From Acidobacteria bacterium RIFCSPLOWO2_02_FULL_61_28 (lineage in GTDB: Bacteria; Acidobacteriota; Terriglobia; 2-12-FULL-54-10), in the NCBI GenBank assembly GCA_001767035.1, contig MEKR01000164.1:19298-83297 (forward strand): a DNA stretch of 64,000 nucleotides, in the 5' to 3' direction. The notes beneath the pieces are model-generated. The model made no database searches and was not told the origin of the DNA. It saw only the letters and a program-made list of their open reading frames with translations. A program made the position numbers and the translations under genes. Positions 26,510-35,721 of the stretch are shown one piece after another (position 1 is the stretch's first letter; each line of letters begins with the position of its first letter).

Positions 26510-26810
26510 GTGTGTTCCCGCGCAGGTCAAGTCTGCCCTGGCCGGTCACGAGGTTCGGACGGTTGGCCGAATGGGCTGGGCAGGAAAAAAGAACGGCGAA
26601 CTTCTGAAGTTGGCTGCAACGCAATTTGACGCCTTCGTTACAGTGGATCGCAGTCTCACTTACCAGCAGGACGTTCGCGGCCTGAACCTGGGCGTGGTCA
26701 TGCTGGTCGCACACAGCAACGAGATTGAAGCGCTTCGGCCGCTCATCCCCCGGCTTCGGCAGGCTCTCCGCAAGGTGAAGCCGGGACAGGTGCTCCGTGT
26801 AAGTGCGTAA
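26490..26810 (+). CDS. DUF5615-family (PIN-like/Mut7-C-like) protein. It overlaps the DUF433 gene, a pairing that recurs as a putative TA module.
   Basis: MRILLDECVPAQVKSALAGHEVRTV...AATQFDAFVTVDRSL.... 20-nt overlap with the upstream gene. Confidence 0.6.
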   Translation: MRILLDECVPAQVKSALAGHEVRTVGRMGWAGKKNGELLKLAATQFDAFVTVDRSLTYQQDVRGLNLGVVMLVAHSNEIEALRPLIPRLRQALRKVKPGQVLRVSA

Positions 26811-26907
26811 CCCCGAGTTGGAGCTTGCGCGCTTCGGCCGCAGGGGTTGTTCAAGGCGTCCGACGGAGAACCCATGGAAAGGAAAAGGTCTCGTCGTGGC
26901 AACCGTC

Positions 26908-28038
26908 ATGAATGAGAAAAGGAAACTTGGCCGAAATGAGCAGTGCTGGTGTGGCTCAGGCAAGAAGTATAAACGGTGTCATCTTAACCGCGAAAACGAA
27001 GAGCCTGTGCTAAGTTGGGAGTCGGAAGCAGCACTTCGAAGGGAATTCTCAGCGAAGAGTTGTGGTGCTCCGGACGCATTGAAGGCAGATTGCAGCAAGC
27101 AAATTGCGAAGGCACATACTGTACCGAAGAGCGGGAGTCTTGAACGAATAGCTCGGAATGGGCATGTCTATTCATTTGTCCCAAGTTTTCAAAACCTTAC
27201 AAGGAACAATGGCCGACTGGTCCCAGAGTTACATGGTATAAACCGTGCATCAACGTTTACTGGATTCTGTTCAAAGCATGATGATGCAATCTTTGCGCCC
27301 CTTGAAAAAAATCCCTTTCTAGGTACTCCTGAGCAGTGCTTTCTCCTCGGATTTCGGTCGCTTGCGCGAGAGGAGTATGCGAAGCAAGCTCAAGCAGCCT
27401 CAGTAGCCAGACTTAGGCAACAAGCAGACAGAGGGCGCTCCGAGGGGGAGCAAATCGCTATTCAGCGCTTTCTTTTCTCGCACAACACTGGGATTGCCGC
27501 AGGAGTGAGGGACACTAAATATTACAAGTCGGAATACGACCAAATTCTTGTTCAGCGGCAGTTTGAAGTGATTCGAGCCTATATCATAGAAATTGATGGG
27601 CCACCCACCGTCATGTGTAGTGGTGGTGTGTTCCCTGAACAGGACTTTGAGGGCAACGCCTTGCAGGACCTCGCGGATCTCAAAACGACCCCTAGCATTA
27701 TAAACTTCGCCTCCTTTTATGGGAGCGAGCGTGGGGCAGTCGTCTTCACTTGGCTGCCCGAAAGTGATTCGACATGTCGAGTTTTCATTAAGAGCCTCGA
27801 CTGCATACCCGATGCGGCCCTAACAGATGGTCTACTCCGTTTTTTCTTCGAGTTCTGTGAAAACGTCCATATGCAACCTGAATGGTGGGAGGCACTGGCT
27901 AGTGCTACTCGTGAGGCGGTCGTAAACAGAATGGCCTACCCCACAATAGGCCCGCTTCCCGGTTGCCTTAAGGATGATGGTGTGAGATTTCCACCTTGGG
28001 TGATAGTACGAAGACGTTTCGTAAATTTCACGGTATGA
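26908..28038 (+). CDS. SEC-C-motif (CxC...C(H/C) zinc-ribbon) protein with ~350 aa of unrecognised C-terminal sequence. Low-GC (~48%) acquired gene.
   Basis: MNEKRKLGRNEQCWCGSGKKYKRCHL is a SecA C-terminal-type metal-binding motif. The remainder has no motif I can place. The longer ORF from 26803 is rejected in favour of the ATG at 26908. Confidence 0.6.
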   Translation: MNEKRKLGRNEQCWCGSGKKYKRCHLNRENEEPVLSWESEAALRREFSAKSCGAPDALKADCSKQIAKAHTVPKSGSLERIARNGHVYSFVPSFQNLTRNNGRLVPELHGINRASTFTGFCSKHDDAIFAPLEKNPFLGTPEQCFLLGFRSLAREEYAKQAQAASVARLRQQADRGRSEGEQIAIQRFLFSHNTGIAAGVRDTKYYKSEYDQILVQRQFEVIRAYIIEIDGPPTVMCSGGVFPEQDFEGNALQDLADLKTTPSIINFASFYGSERGAVVFTWLPESDSTCRVFIKSLDCIPDAALTDGLLRFFFEFCENVHMQPEWWEALASATREAVVNRMAYPTIGPLPGCLKDDGVRFPPWVIVRRRFVNFTV

Positions 28039-28039
28039 A

Positions 28040-29040
28040 GCGGGATAGCCCGGCCAAGGGCCCGTCCCCTCGACCCTTCGACAAGCTCAGGACCCTCGAC
28101 TTCGCTTCCTTCGGCTGCGCTCCCTTCGACAGGCAGGGCAAGCGGGACAGGACGGTCGGGGCAGGTTTGTCCTGGGCTGTTCCTTGAGAGGATGAGGAAA
28201 AGTATGCAGGGGGCGCGGGCGTCCTAAAGGGATGCGTCTCACGGGTGTCGCGACACCCACCTGCGCGGCGGGGCACTCTTCCCCAAACCCCGCTCTTTGG
28301 TCCAGGCTCACCCGCGCCCAGGGCAATCCTACGCGGCGTTGCCGGCCCATGTCAAATGAATTTTCTGAGCTATTTTTCTGAGCTACGGCCAATGCTTTTA
28401 TCCCTTCGAATGTGCCCTTCGGCTCGGCTTCCCTCGGCTGCGCCCCCTTCGACTAGGCTCAGGGCAAGCGGGGCAGGCCCTCCGACGCCAAGGCTTCGGA
28501 GGGCAGGCTGCCGGATCTGCCCGGCTTCCGGCTTTCCCCCAGGTACAACGATCGGCGCAGCCTGCGCTCCGCCTCTGGCGCGCCTATAGCGTATCCGCTA
28601 TAATGCAGAAGTGAACTGGCGCGTCTCCTTTTACAGCGCATGGCTTCGCCTGCATTATTCATGAAGGAAGCCCCTTTTTCTCTAGCCCAGGCGTTCACGC
28701 CTGGGTACCAAGGCACCACCAATTTGTTTCCAGCCCGCTTCAGCGGGCTTCCCGAAGGCCGCTTTCGCACCTTGGCACCGCCAGGGCTGAAGCCGAAAGA
28801 GGGAAGGCCGTTAAAACGGCCTGTAGAATAAATTTTGCCGCCCACCCCGGCCTGAAGGCCGGGGCTAGAGAAAAGGGGAACGGGTGCAGAAGCAGCCTGG
28901 GAGCGGCCCGGAGCAGCGCGTTTTGCGGAACGTTCATGATTTATGCAGCTTCAGAATGAGATACTCGAACTCCCCGCCGGTTTGGTTGCGCGCTTTCTAA
29001 GGAACTGGCCATCGCACGAAAGCGGATGAAGGAGGTCAAA
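28040..29040. repeat. ~1 kb noncoding tract dense in short GC-stem hairpins and dispersed-repeat copies (CCCTTCGACnAGGCTCAGGGCAAGCGGG family).
   Basis: Two copies of cttcggctgcgc-ccc-ttcgac-aggc-agggcaagcggg (28105-28175 and 28420-28480). Tandem ttttctgagcta x2. Hairpins ccaggcg-ttca-cgcctgg, agcccgc-ttca-gcgggct, ccggcc-tgaa-ggccgg. Only short, low-complexity ORFs. Confidence 0.6.
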
Positions 29041-29041
29041 G

Positions 29042-29383
29042 ATGCGGAACAGTCTTAAGGATTTCAAAGTCCGGGCGCTCGCGCGCCCGAACGTTCGCCG
29101 CGCGTACGACGGACTCGCGGAAGAGTTCGAGCTTCTGGACGAAATTCTCAAGGCTCGGACCGCATCCGGCCTTACCCAAGCCGAAGTGGCGGCTCGCATC
29201 GGGACGACTCAATCTGCCGTAGCGCGTTTGGAGTCCGAGATCGGCAAACATTCGCCTTCGATAGCGACTCTCAAGCGGTACGCGTCGGCACTGGGATACA
29301 AGCTGCAAGTGCGGCTGGTGAAAGAGGCGGATCGAACGACTCGCTCCTCACGGCTGCGCGCAAAATCGGCGCGCGGGGGCTAG
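29042..29383 (+). CDS. HTH_XRE-family antitoxin-like protein (HigA2-type). No intact cognate toxin is adjacent.
   Basis: ...LDEILKARTASGLTQAEVAARIGTTQSAVARLESEIGKHSPSIATLKRYASALGYKLQVRLV has the HTH. Confidence 0.65.
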   Translation: MRNSLKDFKVRALARPNVRRAYDGLAEEFELLDEILKARTASGLTQAEVAARIGTTQSAVARLESEIGKHSPSIATLKRYASALGYKLQVRLVKEADRTTRSSRLRAKSARGG

Positions 29384-29557
29384 CGGGTCCTTGGACCTCG
29401 ACCGTAGAACCCACTGCGACGGAAAACGCGTCCTGAGTCCCTGCTCCAGACAGGTCCTTCGCCACGCTACAAACCACAGCGGGAAAAACGGTTCGCCGTG
29501 GCTGCCAAGGTTCTTTCCTCTCGCATTACCCTCCTCAATCTGGGAAAATAAGCGATT

Positions 29558-30970
29558 ATGAAAGAGCCGTTTGCGATCGCGATTTTGGCGGCGGGTGAGG
29601 GGACGCGGTTCAAGTCCCGGCAGGCGAAAGTGCTGCACTGCGCCGGCGGGCGTCCCTTGATCGAGCTGACGGTGCGGACGGCGCGGGAACTTCCTGCCGG
29701 GGCCTTGTTCGTGATCGTCGGTTACCAGGCGGACGCGGTCATCGCCGTGGTGAAAGCGATCCCCGGCCCGATGCCGGGCGGCGAGGCCCGGTTCATTCGC
29801 CAGGAAGGTCCGCTCGGCACGGGTCATGCTCTGCGCTGCGGCCGCGCGGAGCTGGAATCGGCGGCGCCGCATTTGCTGGTCTTGTACGGCGATACGCCGC
29901 TGCTCACCGCCGCGACCCTGCGCGGATTCCTCGACTTCCACATGCGTGCCGGGACCGCCGCCACGGTGATGACGGCTGAAGTGGACGACCCCGCCGGTTA
30001 CGGGCGGATCCTGCGCGGCCCTAACCACTCGATCACTGCGATTGTCGAACATAAATCGGCCTCCCCGGAGCAGCTTCGAATTCGGGAGATCAACACGGGC
30101 ATTTACTGTTTCAAGACCCGGCTGCTCTTTGCTGACCTCGAGCGCCTGGTGCCGAACGCCATCACCGGGGAATACTACCTGACGGACGTGATCAGCTTGC
30201 TCCATGGGCGCGGCCGGAAGGTCGCCGCGTACGGGGCCACGGATTCCGCCGAAGTGATGGGCGTCAACACGCGCGTGGAGCTGGCCGAGGTGGATCACCT
30301 GCTGCGGGCGGCCAAGGCGCGCGAGCTGATGCTCTGCGGCGTCACGATTGTGCGCCCCGAGACCGTTCTGATTGATCCGGACGTGCAAGTCGGCGCCGAC
30401 ACGGTGATCGAGCCGGGGGTGTCGCTGCTGGGGCGCACGCGCGTGGGCGAAGGCTGCCGGATCGGCGCGTTTTCGGTCATTACCAATTCCGAAGTAGCCG
30501 ACGGCGTCACGATCAAACCTTCCTGCGTCATCTCCGAATCGAAGATTGCCGGCGGCGCGAGCATCGGGCCGTTTTCTCATTTGCGCCCCGAGAGCGAGAT
30601 CGGTTCGGAAGCCCGCATCGGCAATTTCGTCGAGGTCAAGAAAACACGCGTGGGCCGCAGAACCAAGGCGCAGCACCTGACCTATCTCGGCGATGCCACT
30701 ATCGGCGAAGACGCCAACATCGGCGCGGGTACGATTACCTGTAATTATGACGGCGAGCGGAAGAATCAGACCGTGATCGAAGACCACGTTTTTATCGGCA
30801 GCGGGACCGAGTTGGTGGCGCCGGTGCGCGTCGGCAAGGACGCCTATGTGGCCGCCGGCTCGACCATCACGGAAGATGTCCCGCCGGGCGCGCTGGCCCT
30901 CGCCCGCGCCCGCCAGAGCAATAAGGCGGGCTGGGTTGCCAAACGGAAGAAGAAGGCTACGAAAAAGTAG
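29558..30970 (+). CDS. glmU: Bifunctional UDP-N-acetylglucosamine pyrophosphorylase / glucosamine-1-phosphate N-acetyltransferase GlmU.
   Basis: N-terminal LAAGEGTRFKS nucleotidyltransferase motif plus C-terminal left-handed beta-helix hexapeptide repeats (IGAFSVI..., IGPFSHL..., IGNFVEV...). Confidence 0.9.
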   Translation: MKEPFAIAILAAGEGTRFKSRQAKVLHCAGGRPLIELTVRTARELPAGALFVIVGYQADAVIAVVKAIPGPMPGGEARFIRQEGPLGTGHALRCGRAELESAAPHLLVLYGDTPLLTAATLRGFLDFHMRAGTAATVMTAEVDDPAGYGRILRGPNHSITAIVEHKSASPEQLRIREINTGIYCFKTRLLFADLERLVPNAITGEYYLTDVISLLHGRGRKVAAYGATDSAEVMGVNTRVELAEVDHLLRAAKARELMLCGVTIVRPETVLIDPDVQVGADTVIEPGVSLLGRTRVGEGCRIGAFSVITNSEVADGVTIKPSCVISESKIAGGASIGPFSHLRPESEIGSEARIGNFVEVKKTRVGRRTKAQHLTYLGDATIGEDANIGAGTITCNYDGERKNQTVIEDHVFIGSGTELVAPVRVGKDAYVAAGSTITEDVPPGALALARARQSNKAGWVAKRKKKATKK

Positions 30971-31206
30971 CCCTCGTCCTGAAACCACTTGGTTTCAAAG
31001 GCGTTGAGAGAAGGCGCTGGGTTGGAGCTTCTGACCGCCGATAATTGTCTCCTGCTTGTCAAATAGGGTCAGCTCCCACGCTTTGGCGGTGTTTGGAGTC
31101 TGGGTTTCAGAGGGCGATATAATGAAAGCCGCCTTATAATCAAACAGATGAAGTCGCCAGACAGGGAGTGGCGAACTGGCATCGAAGTTGCGAAAGGGTT
31201 ATAGGA

Positions 31207-32121
31207 ATGTCAGCACAGGAAAACCTAGGCTTCATCGGACTCGGGATCATGGGTTATCCGATGGCGGAGAACCTGCTCAAAGCGGGCTACTCCTTGACCG
31301 TGTTCAACCGCACCCGACAGAAGGCCGAGGAGTTAGGCCAACGGGGAGCGGCGGTGGCCGGCTCGCCCGCCGAAGTCGCTCGCCGGGCTTCCGTCATTTT
31401 TCTTTGCGTCGGGGATTCCGAGTCGGTCTGCCAGGTAACCGAGAGCTTGCTCGTGGAAGTCAGGCCCGGCGCGGTGGTGGTGGACTGCACCACGATTTCG
31501 CCTTCGGTAAGCCGGAAGATAGCACAACAATTTGCCGCACGCGGTGTTAGCTATCTGGACGCCCCGTGCAGCGGCAGCAAGACGGGCGCGACCAACGCCA
31601 CGTTGACGTTCATGGTCGGCGGCAATCCGGAAGTTTTCGAGCGCGTGCGCCCCTATCTTCTGGTGATGGGCAAGAACATCTTTTACCTGGGCGGGCCCGG
31701 CATGGGATTGCAGGCCAAGCTCACCCAGAACCTGGTCGGGGCGCTGATTTTCCAGGCCATGGCCGAGGGCTTCGTGCTGGCGCGCAAGGCAGGCCTCGCT
31801 CCGTCGCGTGTCCTGGAGGTCTTGCAGGCAAGCGTAGCCCGCGCCCCGATGATTGACGCCAAGCTGCCGCTGGTGCTGGCGCGGCGTTTCGAGCCGCATT
31901 TTTCTTTGAAATGGATGTACAAAGACCTCGGCCTGATGCTGGAGTCGGGCCGCGACCTGGGTGTTCCCTTACCGGCCACTGCTCTGGTCCATGAGTTGTT
32001 CGGAGCCTCGGTGGCGATGGGGCATGGCGAAGAGGACTTTGCCGCCGCGATTACTTTGCTCGAAACCCTGGCCGGCGTGGAGGTAACGGAACCCGTGCCG
32101 GGCTCCCCCCGCCTGGAATAA
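31207..32121 (+). CDS. NAD(P)-dependent oxidoreductase, 3-hydroxyisobutyrate dehydrogenase / 2-hydroxy-3-oxopropionate reductase family.
   Basis: GFIGLGIMGYPMAENL Rossmann motif...DAPCSGSKTGATNATLTFMVGG...KLTQNLV.... ATG at 31207; the upstream extension is rejected. Confidence 0.85.
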   Translation: MSAQENLGFIGLGIMGYPMAENLLKAGYSLTVFNRTRQKAEELGQRGAAVAGSPAEVARRASVIFLCVGDSESVCQVTESLLVEVRPGAVVVDCTTISPSVSRKIAQQFAARGVSYLDAPCSGSKTGATNATLTFMVGGNPEVFERVRPYLLVMGKNIFYLGGPGMGLQAKLTQNLVGALIFQAMAEGFVLARKAGLAPSRVLEVLQASVARAPMIDAKLPLVLARRFEPHFSLKWMYKDLGLMLESGRDLGVPLPATALVHELFGASVAMGHGEEDFAAAITLLETLAGVEVTEPVPGSPRLE

Positions 32122-32321
32122 GAAAATTCGTCAGCGGAATGCACATTTGGGCCGATGAGCCTAGGAAGCCTGGGGCAATTTGAAAACGATTCAGTTTGGT
32201 ACAGTGAGCGGTTGACGCTTTGTCGCAGGGCGCATAAAATCATGAGGCGCTATATTTTACTGATCCAGTGTGTGCGAACTGACGGACCCTTCCCCCCGAG
32301 GGATTCGATTTGGTTGTGGAA

Positions 32322-32996
32322 ATGAAAAAGGGGAAACAAATCCGCGTCCTGATCGGCGACCGGCGGCCTGTGTTCCGTGCGGGCTTGCGGAAGTTGCTCT
32401 CGAAGGAGTCGGGCTTGACGGTAGTCGGGGAGGCGGAGGATGGGCTTCAGCTCCTGAAACGCGTCCGGGAGCTCAAACCGGCGGTTCTGCTCCTGGAAGC
32501 GCTGCTGGCCGGAGGGGTCGAAACCGAATTCAATGTGTTGCGGGGCTTGCTGCGGAAGCACAAGAATCTGCGCGTGATTGCTCTGACCTCTTCGGAGGGA
32601 GAAGAAGAGGCGATGCGGTCGGTGCGGCGTTCCCTGGCGGCCGTTCTTTCCAAGCGCGCCCCGTTCAGCCTGCTGGCGGAGTGCGTTCGCCGCGTGGACT
32701 CCGGCGAGACCTGGCCGGACGCCCCCCTGACGGCGTCGGGCGGCATTCCTGCCGGCGGTTCGTTCTCTTCCGCCAACCGATCCCTCGATGCTTCTCCGTT
32801 AAGCGAACGGGAGAAGCAGGTGGTCGAGCTGATCTCGCAAGGCTTCAAGAACAAGGAGATTGCCGAGAGAATGTTCATTAGCGAGCAAACCGTCAAGAAC
32901 CATCTGCACAACATCTTCGACAAGCTGGGCGTCTCGGACCGCCTGGAATTGGCTCTCTACGCCATCCACAAGAACCTCCAAGCAGCCGCCTCGTAG
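32322..32996 (+). CDS. LuxR/NarL-family response regulator with an atypical receiver (phospho-Asp replaced by Glu).
   Basis: REC domain IRVLIGDRRPVFRAGL...PAVLLLEALLAGG carries E where the conserved D should be. C-terminal LuxR HTH LSEREKQVVELISQGFKNKEIAERMFISEQTVKNHLHNIFDKLGV. Confidence 0.8.
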   Translation: MKKGKQIRVLIGDRRPVFRAGLRKLLSKESGLTVVGEAEDGLQLLKRVRELKPAVLLLEALLAGGVETEFNVLRGLLRKHKNLRVIALTSSEGEEEAMRSVRRSLAAVLSKRAPFSLLAECVRRVDSGETWPDAPLTASGGIPAGGSFSSANRSLDASPLSEREKQVVELISQGFKNKEIAERMFISEQTVKNHLHNIFDKLGVSDRLELALYAIHKNLQAAAS

Positions 32997-33000
32997 CGCC

Positions 33001-33447
33001 GTGAACCTGGGGGGCGTTGCTGGAACTCGCTGCCCGGCGCTGAAGTGTGATTCGAGGTGTGATTCGTTGACGGAAACCCAGAGAACGCTGCTTCGGGAAG
33101 GAATCGCGCTGTTCAATCGCGGCGACTTCTTCGACTGCCACGAGGTGCTGGAGGAATTGTGGCTGGAATCCGCCGGCGAGCGAAAAAAATTCTTGCAGGG
33201 GTTGATCCAGGTGGCCGTGGCGCTGCATCACCTCCGCAACCGCAACCGCCTGGGGGCCGAGCGGCTGCTCGCTGCCGGAATGCAAAAACTGGAGGAATAC
33301 GGCCCGGAGGAAGAACTCCTTGACGTGGACGCGTTGCGGGCCGCGCTGGCGCCCTTGCGGAATCAGTTGAGCGCCGGCGAGTCGCCCGAAAACTGGACTG
33401 CGCCGCAGATTCGCTGGAAGACGTTTCCCGGCGGATCCGCGGAATAA
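33001..33447 (+). CDS. DUF309-domain protein. Start uncertain (GTG at 33001 or TTG near 33067).
   Basis: ...LLREGIALFNRGDFFDCHEVLEELW...GLIQVAVALHHLRN... is the DUF309 signature (HEvLEelW). Confidence 0.6.
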   Translation: MNLGGVAGTRCPALKCDSRCDSLTETQRTLLREGIALFNRGDFFDCHEVLEELWLESAGERKKFLQGLIQVAVALHHLRNRNRLGAERLLAAGMQKLEEYGPEEELLDVDALRAALAPLRNQLSAGESPENWTAPQIRWKTFPGGSAE

Positions 33448-33480
33448 CCCGCCCTCGTTCTTCCCAGCGGCGATCAAACC

Positions 33481-34482
33481 ATGCCCGAACTCTCCCCTCG
33501 CAAATTGCTCTGGATTCCCTACCGCCAACTCCCCTACGGCGAAGTTCCGGACTGGGTGGGGGAGTCCCTCCGCGCCGCCTTTCCACAGTTGCTCGTGAGA
33601 ATGACCTGGGATGGCAAGACGGTTCTGGACGAGATCGCCGACACCGAGATTGTGGTCTCCTGGGTGCTCCAGCCGGAGCAGTTTGCGCGGGCACGGAAGC
33701 TCCGTTGGATTCATTCGCCCGCCGCCGGGGTCACCCATCTCCTGTTTCCGGCGCTGGTCGAAAGCGATGTAATCGTCACCAATGCAACGACCGTGCACGC
33801 CGTCCCGGTGGCCGAGCAGACCGTGGCGTTGCTGTTTGCGTTGGCCCGGAAATTGCGAGATTGTTTTGAGTATCAGGCGGAGCGGCGCTGGGGGCAGAAG
33901 GAAAGCTGGCAGCCCAGCCGCATTCCGACGGAACTGAATGGCAAGACGCTCGGGCTGGTCGGCTTGGGAGCCATTGGCCGCGAAGTGGCCTCCCGCGCCA
34001 AGGCGCTCGGGATGTGCATCGCTGCGGTGAAACAGGACCCTTCGCATGGTGCTGAGTCTGCCGACCGGGTTTACTCGCCCCAACAATTGCCCGCCCTGCT
34101 TCAAGAAGCGGATTATCTGGTGATCGCCGCACCGGACACGCCGGAAACCCACCACCTGATCGGCGAGGCCGAATTGCGCCGCATGAAGCCGACTGCTTCC
34201 CTCATCAACGTTTCGCGGGGGACGCTCGTGGACACCGAAGCGCTGGTCCGTGCGCTCCAAGGCGGCTGGATTGCGAGCGCCGCGCTCGATGTCACCGACC
34301 CCGAGCCGCTTCCGCCCGAGCATCCGCTCTGGACGCTCCCAAACGTGATCATCACCCCGCATCTTGCCGGCGCGACCGACCGCCTCTGGCCGCGCCAGGT
34401 CGAGTTGCTCCAGGAAAACCTGCGGCGCTACCTGGCCGGAGAACCGTTGCTTAACTTAGTGGATAAGAAACGAGGCTATTGA
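33481..34482 (+). CDS. D-isomer-specific 2-hydroxyacid dehydrogenase (NAD-binding).
   Basis: GKTLGLVGLGAIGREVASRAKALGM nucleotide-binding motif...catalytic R/E/H region ...NVSRGTLVDTEAL...ALDVTDPEPLP...ITPHLAG. Confidence 0.85.
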   Translation: MPELSPRKLLWIPYRQLPYGEVPDWVGESLRAAFPQLLVRMTWDGKTVLDEIADTEIVVSWVLQPEQFARARKLRWIHSPAAGVTHLLFPALVESDVIVTNATTVHAVPVAEQTVALLFALARKLRDCFEYQAERRWGQKESWQPSRIPTELNGKTLGLVGLGAIGREVASRAKALGMCIAAVKQDPSHGAESADRVYSPQQLPALLQEADYLVIAAPDTPETHHLIGEAELRRMKPTASLINVSRGTLVDTEALVRALQGGWIASAALDVTDPEPLPPEHPLWTLPNVIITPHLAGATDRLWPRQVELLQENLRRYLAGEPLLNLVDKKRGY

Positions 34483-34559
34483 TGTAGCGCCGCCGTCCCT
34501 TCGAACAGGCTCAGGGCAGGCTCGGCGGCTCCAGCCCCAGGCCAGCGAGGACGGTGGCC

Positions 34560-35603
34560 CTAGGCGTCTTCTTGCACCGGGACTTCGAGTTGGATAAGAG
34601 GTTCGGGTTGGGGTTGGGGGCGGAAGGCCGGGAGCGTTTGCGGCACGCGCCAGTTGTCCACCATGGCGATCTGCTGCGCGCAGGAGATGGTGCAGTAGGG
34701 GGCGCAGGATTTCTCGGTGTGGTACTCGCGCCGCAAATCTTCGGGCGTGTAGTTCTCGAGCGGAATGCCGGGATACCCGCGCTGTTGCGAGCAGTAGTGG
34801 ACCAGTCCGTCCTCGCAGATGTAGAGGTAGCGGGAGCCGGCGCGGCAGCGCCACTCATGCGACTGGCCGTAGGCGATCTTACGCTGGAAGCGGTTGAACC
34901 GGGCATACCAGCTTTTGCCGAGGTCCTTGACTGCCCGATAGACTTCTTGCTGCTTCGGCCCCAGCGGTTTCAACTGTCCGCTGCCGTCGTGGATGATTCC
35001 GACCGTCGAAGTGAAGCCCAGCGCGACAGCCCGCCGCGCGATCACCGTGGCGTCTTCCGGGTTGCGTGTCCCGGCTCCCACCACCGAGTTGATGTTCACC
35101 TGAAAGTCAGCGTATTCGGCGAGCAGCAGGAGTTTCTTGTCGAGGACTTTCAGGCTCTTCATGGAAACGTCGTCCGGCTGGAGGTTGTCAATGCTGATCT
35201 GCAAATACTCCAGGCCGGCGCGATTCAGCCGCCCGATTCGCTCGGGCGTCAGCAGGTAGCCGTTGGTGATGACGCCGCAAATGATGCCCTGGCTGCGAAT
35301 GCGGTGGATGATTTGATCGAGGTCCGGATGGAGCAGCGGCTCGCCCCCGCTGATGGTGATGATCGAGGTGCCGAACGACCGCAGCCGGTCAATCCGCCGG
35401 AACAACTCCGAAGTTGGCACCGGGGGAGAGAAGTCGTCGTACTCGTTGCAGTACGTGCAGGAAAGGTTGCAGCGGCGCATCGGGATCAAGTGCACCAGCA
35501 AGGGGTGGCCGGTATGGAGCAATCCCCAGGCGATCCGCGACCACATCCGGTACCAGCGCAGCAGCGCCCCCAGTTTTCGCCGCAATGTCTTTCGCCAAGT
35601 CAT
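34560..35603 (-). CDS. Radical SAM protein with a Cys-rich (SPASM-like) C-terminal region. Orphan: no obvious precursor or partner gene.
   Basis: CNLSCTYC (CxxxCxxC), GGEPLLH. C-terminal Cys cluster [19 protein letters not shown]...CAPYCTISC. Confidence 0.8.
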   Translation of the reverse strand: MTWRKTLRRKLGALLRWYRMWSRIAWGLLHTGHPLLVHLIPMRRCNLSCTYCNEYDDFSPPVPTSELFRRIDRLRSFGTSIITISGGEPLLHPDLDQIIHRIRSQGIICGVITNGYLLTPERIGRLNRAGLEYLQISIDNLQPDDVSMKSLKVLDKKLLLLAEYADFQVNINSVVGAGTRNPEDATVIARRAVALGFTSTVGIIHDGSGQLKPLGPKQQEVYRAVKDLGKSWYARFNRFQRKIAYGQSHEWRCRAGSRYLYICEDGLVHYCSQQRGYPGIPLENYTPEDLRREYHTEKSCAPYCTISCAQQIAMVDNWRVPQTLPAFRPQPQPEPLIQLEVPVQEDA

Positions 35604-35721
35604 CGTTGTCCCAGAACGAGCTTTCGCAGAGTGTAAAGTTCTTCATATAATACGAATAGGCGGGAATTGCAACGTTTTTTCGGTGAATGGGGATAAGGCC
35701 AACTTGAAAGGAGGTGCCGGA

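Noticed and set aside
29348-30988. 546-aa minus-strand ORF
   Set aside because: Antisense to glmU (strong hexapeptide-repeat and NTP-transferase motifs on the plus strand).
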